Below, piece after piece: positions 16,315 through 28,100 of a DNA stretch of 64,000 bases (position 1 is its first letter; each line of letters begins with the position of its first letter). This DNA comes from an uncultured Acidobacteriota bacterium. GTDB lineage: Bacteria > Acidobacteriota > Terriglobia > UBA7540. The translations under genes and the position numbers were made by a program. Where the stretch lies: the NCBI GenBank assembly GCA_963804995.1, contig CAWDSK010000005.1:1152001-1216000 (forward strand). The letters are read 5' to 3'. The notes beneath the pieces were generated by a model, which was not told where the DNA came from, searched no databases, and saw only the letters and a program-made list of their open reading frames with translations.

Positions 16315-18564
16315 TTACTTGAAATGAACCGACCAACTCACGCTGGCGCCGTTCCCCGTCACGGGAATGACCCACACGTTCTTCTTCTGGCTGACCAGAA
16401 ACACCTCTGCATCATTCACCGTCGCTTTGTCGGGGGCATAACCGTCAGGGGCATAGAACGTAATGTGATAAAGGTCGCCATTCACACCGGTGGTCTTTCC
16501 CCCCAGGGTCCGATCGGCGTCTGACCACGCCACGGCATCCAGTCCGTAGCCTGATTGAGGAAGATAGTTGGACACAGCCAGCGCTTGCGGCTTTCCCGTG
16601 GACTCAACGAGGCAGAGGGTTTTTGTCTCGCCCGGGGGAACCTCAGCGGTAAGCTCGCCATCCGATGCGTCGATCGAGTAATCGTCCCAGAAGTCGTAAA
16701 CGAGAACATGTTGATTCGTCTTCAGGAGTTCCTTCGGCACAAGGCGCTGCTTCCAGGGTTCGGTTCCGTCCCAGTTAAACACACCGAGCACACCTGACTT
16801 GGACGCACCCACGTCCGTCGGAAGAAACCACACGTGGTTCGGCTGCGCAGAAAAGAGATCGACGGGCCGGCTAACCTTCCCCCGCGCGGGCAGAATGTGT
16901 TTGAGGATATCCAATTTCTCAGCGCTCAACATGTTCAGGTCGTCCCCGATGGTCAGAACGCTGCCGCTGACGGAGGCCAGCGTGGCCCAGGCACGAAAGC
17001 CTTCCACGGGGCGGTTATTACCCACCAGCGCGTCGGGGTCATTAAGCCACCACTTGCCCGCCTCAAAATAACGCGCCGCGATGTTCTCAAAACCTACCCG
17101 CCCCCAGGCGTCGGGACCAATTCTCATGCCATCCACGAGACCCACGGAAGCCAGTTGCGGCGCGCCGCAGCCCAACAGGTAAATGTCGGGGCCCAGGGCC
17201 TCACGAATCGTCTTCAGCGCCGCGCGGTAGACCTCCGCCCGCGTCTGGTGCGGGTCCTGGTAATGGTCTGACAGAGTAAACATGTAGAGGAAATCCGTCA
17301 TGACATACTGGTAGCCCCAATTGCGGATCTGGGTGAAGAGGTCGTGGAGATTTTTCCGTGCCGCTGGATTCGAGGCATCCAGGAAATGCATGAGGTTTCC
17401 ATAAAATTGCCGGCTAGTAACCAACTCGCCGGAAGCGTCGCGCTGGAGCCAATCCGGATGCTGCTTGAAGAGGTCAGAACTCTCTGACGCCCAGGCCGGC
17501 GCGAGCCACATCCCAGCCTTCATTCCCTCCGCGTGGAGTGAATCGGCGAGGCGGCCCATGCCGTGAGGGACGAAGGGGAAATTCCAGTCGCCGTAGCGTT
17601 GATCGTTGCTGTCATCCACGACGCGCAGCGTGTCGGCGCCAAGTGGCACGAGCGGCTTCATGACCCGGGCGTTGACCGTCATGGCCTTTTCCAAAGCCCC
17701 CAGGTTCGCCTGCTCGGCCCGGCCGTACCCGGCGTACCAACTGCACCAGGTCGTGCTGGAATATTGCCTGGGATGAATTCCATTGAACTTCTCGACCGCC
17801 GCGGCGTAGTGCTCCAGCCCCTCGAAAATGTCGGTGGGAAAGAGCACTAGTAGGGGATCCGTATCCCGTGATTTTCCGGGCTCGACCAGCACATTGAACT
17901 CGGCCGTGGATCTGAGCGTCAAAGTGTGTTCTGACCTTAGGCTGTACTCGAACGTTCCATACGCCACAGCGGCGGAGAGGAATCCGGTGACCAGCTTGGA
18001 AGCTTCCACCGCGAAAAAGTCAGAACTATGGGCCATCTCGCTGGACCTCACCCTGGCAACGTGGCTGTAATCCCACGAATTGAAGCCGCTGGTCAGCACG
18101 GGTATGCCTGAAGGATAGCCGCGGTCAGGGGTGGGGGCATCCGCCTCGAGCACCGTGACGGTTTTCAACTCGAGTTTGCTTTTGGCGGAGTTGTCGAGGT
18201 GCCAATCGATGCGCAGGCCGGCGAATTGATCGTAAACCTTGATGGCGACCTGCCAGCTCAGTCCGGAGGGGCGCTCGGAGAGAGACAGGACGATCTGCTT
18301 GCCACCACCCAGGACATCCAGGAAGGGTGACTCCTCCGCTTTACGAAGGAATCGTTCGTCCGTGCTTTTCAGCACGCCCGTCGCGGTGACAACGGTTGCT
18401 GTTCCACGCGTGAAGATCGGCGCGCCATCTTTCCAAGAACAACTCCAGGTGCCGGTTTGAGAATTCACGCTAACATTTATGAATGCATTTGAGAGGTTGT
18501 TCTCCGCCCAGCAGGGAGCGGCAACGAAGAGGCCAAGAAGGATGAAGACTTTTCGAACGCGCAT
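16315..18564 (-). CDS. secreted GH36/GH27-clan alpha-galactosidase-like glycoside hydrolase
   Basis: Signal peptide MRVRKVFILLGLFVAAPCWA; WCSWY, VVDD, GMWLAP, LDASNP, MTDFLY (nucleophile position), MRIGPD, WLNDPD. Confidence 0.82.
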   Translation of the reverse strand: MRVRKVFILLGLFVAAPCWAENNLSNAFINVSVNSQTGTWSCSWKDGAPIFTRGTATVVTATGVLKSTDERFLRKAEESPFLDVLGGGKQIVLSLSERPSGLSWQVAIKVYDQFAGLRIDWHLDNSAKSKLELKTVTVLEADAPTPDRGYPSGIPVLTSGFNSWDYSHVARVRSSEMAHSSDFFAVEASKLVTGFLSAAVAYGTFEYSLRSEHTLTLRSTAEFNVLVEPGKSRDTDPLLVLFPTDIFEGLEHYAAAVEKFNGIHPRQYSSTTWCSWYAGYGRAEQANLGALEKAMTVNARVMKPLVPLGADTLRVVDDSNDQRYGDWNFPFVPHGMGRLADSLHAEGMKAGMWLAPAWASESSDLFKQHPDWLQRDASGELVTSRQFYGNLMHFLDASNPAARKNLHDLFTQIRNWGYQYVMTDFLYMFTLSDHYQDPHQTRAEVYRAALKTIREALGPDIYLLGCGAPQLASVGLVDGMRIGPDAWGRVGFENIAARYFEAGKWWLNDPDALVGNNRPVEGFRAWATLASVSGSVLTIGDDLNMLSAEKLDILKHILPARGKVSRPVDLFSAQPNHVWFLPTDVGASKSGVLGVFNWDGTEPWKQRLVPKELLKTNQHVLVYDFWDDYSIDASDGELTAEVPPGETKTLCLVESTGKPQALAVSNYLPQSGYGLDAVAWSDADRTLGGKTTGVNGDLYHITFYAPDGYAPDKATVNDAEVFLVSQKKNVWVIPVTGNGASVSWSVHFK

Positions 18565-18627
18565 CGGTTGGGAGATCCTTTCTGTGAACTTCGGCGTTCG
18601 GCCGCACACGGCGTGCCACGGGCATCC

Positions 18628-18755
18628 GAAGGTGTGAAAAAATACCAATTTCACCGCTGAGACGCTGAGACGCAGAGAAATGACCCTTTGTTTTCAAACC
18701 TCTGCGCCTCAGCGTCTCCGCGGTGAAAGGTTTGATGGGATTTTTTCACAGCTTC
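18628..18755. mobile_element. 128-bp MITE with IS1182-like ends inserted in a REP
   Basis: GAAGGTGTGAAAAAAT / ATTTTTTCACAGCTTC; TCC duplication; removing it restores the palindrome cacgggcatcctgcccgtg. Confidence 0.78.
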
Positions 18756-18807
18756 TCCTGCCCGTGCACTGGGCATGGCCAGGATGGCCATGGCACGCAC
18801 CTCAGCG

Positions 18808-20831
18808 CTACTTTCTTGCCACCAGTACTGATGCCGTGCCGTGTTTCGCTACTTGGATGGCAGCCACGCCGCGGGAAGCGGAAACCTGGGCGATATAAGG
18901 CGGGCCATCCGCCGAGAAGACTTCCGCTGACCGAATTTCTCCGGCGTCGGGAGTTTTTATGGTGACGGTGACCTCTTCCACCAGCGCTGCGCCACGCGAG
19001 CGATGCCGCAAGCGCGAGGTAAGCGGCGCCACATACGCCCCCGCGCCATTGAGGAAAAGGTTCACATCGTTCGCGCCGGTCGCCGCCACGCAGTGGGGCA
19101 GCAGCACCTGGCGCTTGCCGATCAGGGGCTCAAACAGCGGAGCATACAGCTCCAGGAAGTCGGCGGCACGCGGATTGGGCTTTTGCTGCGAAATCGGAAA
19201 CTCGTGCGCAATCATCTGCGGGAAGACCGCGCATTGCAATCGCAGTTTCATCTGCTTTTCGAACTCCAGCAGGTCGCCCTGGTAATCCTTCGGCTTTTCC
19301 CAGGCGGAAACCGGACGGTAGGGCGCAAGGTAGGCGAGCGCCGGGACGTAATCGTGCTCCTGGCAATAACCATCGACGTCGCGGAGAAGCTCCACACGCC
19401 AAAACTGGTTCACGAACACCCGTTTGTGCTGACCATGCGCCACACGGCAGATCGACTGCACGGCCGCGGCCACCGGTTGCGCCATGTTCTCAACGGGGCG
19501 GTCGCCCCGATCATGGTGAATCCGTCGTCGTGCCCGTGATCATACTTGCTGGCCCAATCCAGGCGGTCGATGACGAAGCCTTCGAAGTCCGGCAGTCGCG
19601 GGAAATGGCGCTCGCACTGCCGCTGCAACTCGGCCCAAATTGGTCCGTCCTGGCGTGGGTTGACGAGGCAGGCGCCCTCCCAAGTCGGGATCTCGCGCCC
19701 CTGCACGTCTTTCACGAGTGAATCGGCAAACGTCGTTTGCAGCAGATGGGTCGCCACTTCGGCGCTCCCGTCCACTCCCCCGGCGCCGCCGTATTCGGTC
19801 ACATTGAAGTATGCAAAGATTCCAATTTGATGCTGCTTCATTTCGGCGATGAAGGCGTTGATTTTCGCGTCGCTCATCATCTGGCCCAATTTCCAATGCT
19901 TGGCGTAGGTGTAGGGCGCCCACTCCCGGCCTTCCGGCAGGTAGTCCCCCAGGTATCTGAACCAGAAACTTGACCACATATAGCGAACGTGTTGGCGCGA
20001 CATTTCCGCGTAATCGGGATAGTCCTGGATGTGGTGATACCAGAACACTCCCTCGGAGTGGCCGCGCGCGAGGGGTGGCTCGAAGTATTCGGGAAACTCG
20101 TCGCTATATGCCTTCAGCGCGCCCCGATAATCGGCGGCATGCGAGTAGAACAACAGGCGCAGAGGTGACGCCGTTCCCTCTCCCATGGCACGATGGCCGA
20201 GTGTCAACCGCAGAATACGTCCCCCGATCCACTCAAATTGAAGGTGAGGTATGTTGACGTTCGGGGGCAAGGCCACCGTGAGAGCCTGATCCGTCTTGGG
20301 ATCCTGAACGGTAATGAGCGGCAGCACGTACGCGGTCCCCGTCCTCCAACCGGGGGACCCATAAGCCACAGGGCGGTAGGTCGGCCGCGCGCTTACCGGC
20401 GACTCGGGATCGTTAGAGGGCGTGAAAATCCTCAATCCGGGCGAAAGTACGGGCAAATCGATGGTAACCTCATGTCCCGTGCGCTTTCCCGAACCCTCAA
20501 AGCTGAGATCCCAGACAAGTCCGAAGCGGCTCGACGACCATTTTGGCGAAACCGCCAAGTCCAGTGCCTTGATTTGTCCCCCAATGGGGCTGTCACTGAC
20601 CCCAGTGACTTCATTGCGCACGCTCAAAGTGGGGGGGCTGTCGAGCCACACACGTTGCGACCCGCCCGAACCGGACTGAATGTGGACAGGATTACCATCC
20701 GCCCCGATGGTGGCCCTCAGGTCGCCACCTTTCACCAAGTTGGTCTCCGTTGGAATCCCCATGAGCAGGGGATTGGTAGACAAGCTGGCAGCAGAAGCCA
20801 GAGCGGTTTTCAGGAATCCACGTCTCTTCAT
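18808..20831 (-). pseudogene. Tat-exported hypothetical protein (possible glycoside hydrolase), split by one frameshift near 19505
   Basis: MKRRGFLK signal; ORFs 19410..20849 and 18808..19485 join as GFTMIG/DRPVENMAQPV at a G4 run; FEGFVIDRLD suggests a TIM-barrel. Confidence 0.65.
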
Positions 20832-20877
20832 TTTGGTTTTGACCTCCAATTTGGGGTTATAGCAGCGTGTTCAAAAC

Positions 20878-21586
20878 GTGGTGCGGCAACTTTATGTCGC
20901 AATGGCGATGCTTTTTGAAATTGCTGCTAAATCCACAAGCATTGGCTTTTCAGCAAATTGCCGATTGGCCGACTTTGAGCATTTTACAGCTTTGCAAGCA
21001 AAGGTCCAGCCGAAGTGCTGTGCCAGCTCTACGGTTAAGATTTCCGAATTCAGTCAAGTACAAATAACGACGAAGTCCGGCAGCAGTTCGGCAGTAGAAT
21101 CTATCTCCGCGGACGATCTCAATGAATTCATGGTGCACCTCAAGAAGAAACACCAACTCGACAACAATAGCGTCATCCACAATATGATCATCGTGGCGCA
21201 ATTCCTGAAAAAGCAGGGCCGGGCGGGGCTCACGCGCAGCATCGATCTCCCCGAGGCAATTGATCGAACTTCTTAAGGTTCATCCTCGCAAGGATGGCAG
21301 CCGCTTTGTCTTCCCCTCACCGCGTGGCAATCGCGAGCTCCACTTGTTGGACAAGTGCAAGGCGATTGCGGAGCGCGCCAAGCTGATCCCGGCGCATTTT
21401 CTTCTTCGCAGATTCCGTTCCACCTATGCGACCCGCATGCTACGTTCGGGGTTCGACGTGCGCACGGTTCAACACTGGATGGGTCACAAGTCCTTGGAAA
21501 CGACAATGCGGTATCTTTCGCCGGCCAAGGATGTGCATGAGCGGCTGGACAAAGTCCAGATCGCGGGATTACCGGGTGCGGTCTGA
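20878..21586 (+). pseudogene. tyrosine integrase, internally deleted
   Basis: Core-binding-like segment (VESISADDLNEFMVHLK) plus catalytic tail RRFRSTYATRMLRSGFDVRTVQHWMGHKSLETTMRY in a different frame. Confidence 0.8.
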
Positions 21587-21587
21587 C

Positions 21588-22454
21588 CTATCGGGAAAAG
21601 CCAAGTAGCATGACGACACCCAAGTGGCGAAACCGCGATTGGTTTGCGTTGCCGAGGGGGGCCAAGGAAATTGTCGAGGCATGGGGCCGAGTTGCCGCTG
21701 TTTCTCTTTGGATTCCCCCATTTGTTAGAAAGCGTGAAGGCGACTTGAACGAAGCCGCCCGCTTCCAGCCGGTCCCACCTTGGGGGGTGTGCAGGGGGAG
21801 CTGCAAACCGTGTTCCAGGAACCACCACAAGGTCTGACGGGCGCTCCCTAGCTCGAGAAATTTGTGAAACACCAGCAGGATGGCTTGTTGCACCCGACGG
21901 TCGGGATCTTTCTCCCAACCGGACGCTTCGGTCTTGAGATAACCGACCGGCGCTGCCACCAGTAACTCGCCCCGCCTCGCCTTTTCGCGTCGTGCTTCCA
22001 CCGAGCGCTGGCGCAACAGGTCCAGTTCGTACTCATTCAAACTTCCTTTCAAACCTAACAGCAAGCGATCATTGCTTTGCCGAGGTGAATAAACCATCTC
22101 CTGGTCGATCAGTACCGTATCGACAACCCGGCACACTTCCACCAAATGTTGCCACTCTCGGCTGTTGCGAGCGAAGCGGGATACCTCTCGTGCCGCCACC
22201 GCTCCCACCTTGCCCAAACATACCTCCGCCACCATGCGTTCGAACCCTGCACGCATCACCGTCCCGGCCGCGGACCGGCCCAGGTCTTCATCCACGACCT
22301 CGATCTCGCGCCAGCCTAGCTGTGCGAGGCGTTCCTGCATGGCATACTGCAACTTCTGGCTTTCCAAGTTGTGGCTGACCTGGTAAGCCGAGGACTGGCG
22401 AACATACCGGATCGCCTTGCGCTCGAGATGCTGCGTCTTGATCTTGTCACTCAT
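21588..22454 (-). pseudogene. large serine recombinase, C-terminally truncated
   Basis: YVRQSS..Q, DEDLGRSA, REVSRFARN, NDRLLLGLKG, APVGY; similarity ends near 21765. Confidence 0.85.
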
Positions 22455-22644
22455 GCCGCGCCTCCTTTGGAGGGCCGGAGGCGAGGACTCTGCTCAAGTG
22501 CCCGCGCAGCAGTTGCGCCAGCAGCTTCACGGTCTTCTGTTTGATTTCTCGGGGCAGCCCCGGCCAGGACGGGCTCGAGTGGGGCGGACGAAACAATTTC
22601 AATTGAGCGACTGTCGGTCGGTTCCCTGACGTTCGCATCAGCAC
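22447..22644 (-). CDS. small protein translationally coupled to the serine recombinase
   Basis: QLKLF...PSWPGLPREIKQKTVKLLAQLL; ATGAGTGA overlap typical of this element type. Confidence 0.6.
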   Translation of the reverse strand: MLMRTSGNRPTVAQLKLFRPPHSSPSWPGLPREIKQKTVKLLAQLLRGHLSRVLASGPPKEARHE

Positions 22645-22990
22645 CTCCTAGGGCTAGCAAGGAATGATGCTGAGCTTGTAGCACAACGCCTGGGCGACCG
22701 AGGGATGCACCTTGAAGCAGGACCTTCAAATCCCACAGCGCTTCGCAGGCCACCGTGGGAACTGCCATCCTACGCATCCGAGAGCACGGGGCAGGATCGA
22801 ACATCCATTGCGGTATTTCCAAGTGCCGAGCCTCTTGGTTCTCCTCGATGCCGCACCGGAATACTGCTTGGCCGTTCTTGATGAGAGTCTCATAAATCCA
22901 GACCGGATCGAGCGTACCACGGATGCCACAGGTAACAGACTTCTCGAGATTCAGTAATATGGGTGTTGAGTTGTCGAGTTGTACCCCCAT
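22620..22990 (-). pseudogene. accessory ORF of the serine recombinase element (frameshifted)
   Basis: REVCYLWHPWY in one frame continues as VWIYE...LEIPQWMFDPAPCSRM in another. Confidence 0.5.
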
Positions 22991-23323
22991 GACCGCCCGG
23001 TTCTTGGACTCCGGAAGGGAACTCCGAACCGTAGAACTCCCTCCAGAATCTTAGGTCGCGTCCTGTCTCAAGGGCGACTCGGCGGGCTGCATCAACGTTA
23101 CGATCGGGCTGCCTGACCCGGTGCCACTTTTCGCCCGTCCTTGAAATGTTCACGCCGCAGGCGCGAACACTCTGGTTTCCACCCCGAGAGACCTTCGCAC
23201 TCCTCAAAGCGCCTCTTGACCGAGTTCAGGCTCCGTTTTCACCCTGAGACGAGGACGAATCGCACCAGGTTTCGTCGCGGCTGAGATCCTGGCGAACGGC
23301 AGCTGCAAATTCTTGTTTCTTGG

Positions 23324-24405
23324 CACGGCTGTCCGGTTAAAAGTCAAACAGCCTCAGTTGGTTAGCGAAAGTCGAACCTTCGCTTTCCGCAGCGGAGTGG
23401 GAAAAGACCTCTAAAATCGGGGTTTTTTCGAAAATCGTGATGCTGAGAATCTGGAGAATTTTGTATAAGCTCAGGTCGAGGCCGAGCTGCTGCTTGAGGA
23501 TGGCTACGAGGACATAAACCGCGAGCGCGAACTACACCTGCGTCTTCACGGCGTTCTCCGAGGTGCCCTAGAAGGCTTTGATGCGCAGGTGCTGTTTGAT
23601 CCAACGGAAGAACAGTTCCACCTGCCAGCGCGCTCGACAGAGTTGTGCAATCGTCAAGGCGGGCAAGAGAAAATTGTTGGTCAGGAAAACGAGCCGCAAA
23701 TTCTTTTCGGCATCGAAGTAGGCGACGCGACGCAGAGGAGCAGGATAACGCTGCGCGGTTTTGACTCCGCTGAGCCGAACCGTCTGATCGCAGCGCAGGC
23801 CGGTGGACCGCGGGACGGGTCGCGAGGATCGACGATAGAACTGATATTTCTTTTTGGCGCGCGTGAGGAAGAAAGCACAAGCCTGCGTGAAGGGATACAG
23901 GCGGGCGAAATCGACGTAGGTGCGGTCGAACCAATAAAACGCCCCGGCTTCCAGCAGAAGTTCATCCAGGAAGTTTACATCGTGAAGGTGACCGCCCGTC
24001 ACATCAACACTGATCGGAATGCTGCCCCGCAGGTCCAGCATCGTGTGCAGTTGGAGTGCGCTTCGGGGGTGGCGGAACGCCGCCCAAGGGAACAGCGACA
24101 GACACCAATCGACGCTCGTCGAATCGAGCCCCTAGACCACCTCGGACAGCTCGACACCCAAAGATTCGTGGCGGTAAAGGTCGCGAGCGATGCCGATCAA
24201 AACCCGCGCGAAATCGGCATAGATGCGCCCGTCGCGGCGCTCGTTGGCGTCGGCGAGTGTGGCCCGCGAAACGTGCCCGGGGAAGCCCGCAGGATAGAGC
24301 CCCGGTTGCCGAGCGCGCAGACAGGCATCGATGTCCCGCAAGCTTTCGCGATAGGTGCGCTGAGCAAAGGCCAAGCAAAGGAACTGGTCCCAGCAGGAGA
24401 AATCC
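23324..24405 (-). pseudogene. IS4-family (DUF4372-type) transposase, fragmented
   Basis: FSCWDQFLC.AFAQ.TYRESLRDI, HDVNFLD, FDR.Y.DF, RWQVELFFRWIKQHLRIKAF across several frames; terminal TTAACCGGACAGCCGTG at 23324-23340. Confidence 0.85.
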
Positions 24406-24408
24406 TTT

Positions 24409-24540
24409 CAGATTTATGCGAGAGCGAATCTGGAGATGAAACGAAACGCGCTTGAGAAAATCAATGAGTCCTCGCCAGTCCAGGCGATCCCATGCTGGCA
24501 GGAGAACACAGGCATTCTTGACTGGCTCCGTTCTCTGTAA
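24409..24540 (+). pseudogene. C-terminal fragment of a RIT-type tyrosine recombinase
   Basis: Manual translation QIYARANLEMKRNALEKINESSPVQAIPCWQENTGILDWLRSL*. Confidence 0.6.
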
Positions 24541-24667
24541 ACCGCCGAAGGACATACGTGCATGGCAACCCTGAAGCGAGCTCCGCCAATCGGACGAGAT
24601 ATTATGTTGAGTCCACCGACGCGCACCCCTTGCCAATCGCCAAGTTAAAGCACTTCACTGCGCATAT

Positions 24668-25009
24668 CTACTGTCTGCACACAATAAGGGTGGGAACGGT
24701 GAAGAAGTCCATGGCCGCGATGGCTTCGCGGTGATTACGGAGAAATGCCCGCCAACGCTGGGCAGGCTCAGGATTTCTGGGTGCGCGTCGCATCCATCGC
24801 GAGATGGTTCGTTCGGAAACCTCAAAGCCGAGCATGCGGAGTTCGCCATGAATGCGCGGAGCACCCCAGGTGGCATTCTCGGCAACCATTTGGAAAATCA
24901 ATTGGCGGATCTCATGGGAGATTCTTTTTCCGCCACCCAATCGCTTTCGTGTTTTGCAGAGGGTGGTCCAATAGAGCCGGAATCCCGCGCGGTCGATTTC
25001 CAATTCCAT
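24668..25009 (-). pseudogene. fragment of an integrase-core (rve) transposase
   Basis: GFRLYW, MVAENATWGAPRIHGEL..LGFEVSERTI, FLRNH...IAAMDFFTVPT, then broken. Confidence 0.8.
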
Positions 25010-25149
25010 GGGAGTGTCCCAGGTCAGGGGTTTTTAGTGGGACCTCGCTCGCTATGCCCCGCTACAGGCAACTTCTGGGACATCTCTGAAGGCCATAATG
25101 TCCGACTGGATGTAGGCTATGTACTGACCAGCGCACCCTTGGGAGCCGG

Positions 25150-28100
25150 CTACTGCAGAGTCTCCGGCTTCCTATCCAGAACCTCGCGGACCTTCCGTAC
25201 CAGCGCATCCGGCGCGAAGGGTTTCTGGAGGAAAAACGTGCCCACCTCCAGGATGCCGTGGCGGACAATGGCATCGTCCGTGTACCCCGACATGTAAAGC
25301 ACTTTCGTCCCGGGACGCAGGGTGGATAAACGCTTGGCCAACTCCTTGCCGCCGGCCTGGGGCATCACCACGTCGGTCAGCAGCAGATGAATGGGTTCTG
25401 TAAGTTGTTCGACGATCTGAAGCGCCTGTGCGGCTCCGGTTGCTTCCAGTACCTTATAGCCTTTCGATTTGAGCGTTTTGCAAACCAGCGACCGGACGCC
25501 TTCCTCGTCTTCGACTACCAGGACAGTTTCTGCACCTTTGGCCGGCTTAGCAGCGAAATCGGCTGGTTCGGTGGTGGACGCAGCTTCCTCGACGCAGGGG
25601 AAGTAAATCTTAAACGTGGAACCCTGTCCGGGTTCGCTGTAAACCCAGATGAAGCCACCGCTCTGCTTGACGATCCCATAGACCGTAGCTAATCCCAGAC
25701 CGGTTCCATGGCCCTTCTCCTTGGTGGTGAAAAAGGGCTCAAAGATATGGGTTTGGGTTTCGGCGTCCATTCCGCAACCCGTGTCGCTCACGGCCACCAT
25801 GACGAACTTGCCCGGCATGATACTGGGATGGCTGCGCGCGTAATCCTCATCCACATCCACGTTGGAGGTCTCAAGATAGAGTTTTCCACCCTCCGGCATG
25901 GCGTCCCGAGCATTGACCGCCAGGTTCATGACGACCTGCTCGATCTGCCCCGGATCGACTTTGACGTGCCCCAGGTCAGGCTTCAACGACGTTACTAACT
26001 CCACGTCTTCACCGATCAGGCGGCGCAGCATCTTTTCTACCTCGGTAAGGACGCTATTTAAGTCCAGGACTCTGGGTTCCAGGACTTGCCGGCGGCTGAA
26101 AGCCAGTAGTTGCCGCGTCAGCCCAGCCGCCCTCTCACCCGCCATCAGGATTTCCTTGAGATGGTCCCGCCGCGGGTCCTCAGCAGAGGTCTGCTCGGTG
26201 AGAAGCTCGGCATACCCGTTGATGATGGTAAGCAGGTTGTTGAAATCGTGGGCCACCCCGCCCGCCAGCCGCCCCACGGCTTCGATCTTCTGCGCCTGGA
26301 TTAATTGCTGCTCCAATAGCTTGCGAGCCGTGATGTCCTGTTCCGTGGCAATGAAGTGGGTGATTTTGCCGTGCTCACCCCGTACTGGTGCGACGCTCAT
26401 CTGTAAGGTGTAAAGGCTTCCGTCCTTTCGCCGGTTGATGATCTCCCCTTGCCAGATTTCTCCCTTTAGAATGGTTGCCCAAAGCTGTTGATAAAACGCT
26501 GGGTCTTGTTTGCCTGATTTCAGGATCCTGGGGTTCTTTCCCAAAACCTCCTCGCGACTATACCCGGTGATGCGAGTAAAGGCCGGGTTGACATACTCGA
26601 TGTCACCGCTGATATTGGTAATCACTGCGGCTTCGGCGGACTGCTCAATGGCGGTCACCAGGCGTGCTTTCTCCGCCTCCACCTGCTTGCGCTCGGTGAC
26701 GTCTTCCACGATTCCGTCGTAATACATTATCTTCCCGTCTTCGCTATGAAAGGCCCGGGCGCTTTCGCGAACGAAGATCACGGAGCCATCCCGCCTTGTC
26801 CACGCCTCTTCCAGGTCTCTGACTTCGCTGTCCTGTGCCATTCGGTCGCGAAATGCCTTCCGAGGGTACCCTGGTTCGAACCCTTCCTCCTCAAGGTTAC
26901 GAGCGGCCAGTTCTTTGAAGTTCTTATACCCTAACATCTTTACCAGGGCCGGATTCGCCATCAGGATACGGCCTTGGGGGGTGGTGCGATAAATTCCCAC
27001 GGTCGCGTTTTCCACCAGACTGCGGAAGCGCTCTTCACTTTCGCGCAACGCCTCTTCCGCTCGCTTGCGTCCGGTGATGTCCATGGCGATGCCGCGCAGG
27101 TGGGTGATGGCGCCGTCGGCATTGCGAACTGGCTCGCCCCGGTCCAGTATCCACCCTCGGCTCCCATCTGCTCGCACCGTCTCCAACTCCAATTCGTAGG
27201 GCGTGCCGGTGCGCACTGCCTCCTCCAGTTCGGTGGTAAGCCGCCTCCAACTTTCCGGCGTGAAGAGTCGCCCATGCTCCGAGTAGGGAAGGGACAGCAG
27301 GGAAGGATCAAGGCCAAACATGCGGTACACCTCGTCGGACCACGTGGCCTGCCCCGTCTTCAAGTCCATCGACCAGTTGCCGAGGCGAGCCAGGCGATGT
27401 GCCTCTCTCAGTTCCAACTCGCTCTCCCGCAACGCCTCTTCCGCCCGCTTGCTCTCGGAGATCTCCACCATGACGCCACGCAGCCGTTCCACCTTCCCCT
27501 CCGGACCTGCAACCGCGTGCATGAAATCCCTGAACCAGAGAACGCGGCCGTCGGCCGCCGTCATGCGGTATTCCACCGAGCAGGGCTTGCCTTTTTCCGT
27601 CACCTCTCGTTCGCAGGCCAACGCTCCCTCGCGGTCCTCGGGGTGGAGGTGGGCTGCCCAGAAGCCCGGAGTCTGGAGCCACTGCTCCGCCGGGTAGCCC
27701 AGAATCTTTTCCACCCCCTGGCTCATGAAGGTGATTCTCAGGGTCGGTGCGTCGGCCTCCCAAACAACAGCCTCGGCGGTTTCCACCAACTCCCGCAAGC
27801 GCTCCTCGCTGCTGCGCAACGCCGCTTCCGCCCGCTTACGCTCGGTGATGTCCTGCACCGTGCCGCGGAGTTGCGTGACGTGGCCGCTCGCATCGCGCAC
27901 CGCCTCCCCGCGGCCAATCAACCACCGCTTGGAGCCGTCGGGGCGGACCATTTCCAGGTCGAGCTCGTAAGGAGTTCCGGTGGCGAGGGCATTCTCTACC
28001 GCACGCTTCAGTCGCTCCCAACTCTCCGGGGCATAGATCTGTGGGTGCTCCTGGTAGCTGGGCGCAGGCAGTTTCGGTTCTCGACCCGCGATGCGATAGA

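Noticed and set aside
19500..19512. Programmed frameshift or phase variation in the Tat protein
   Set aside because: Only a G4 run; a mutation or sequencing error is more likely.
20850..21600. tRNA or att site beside the integrase remnant
   Set aside because: No tRNA-like sequence or direct repeat found.
23589..24455. 288-aa plus-strand ORF
   Set aside because: Antisense shadow of the IS4 transposase pseudogene.
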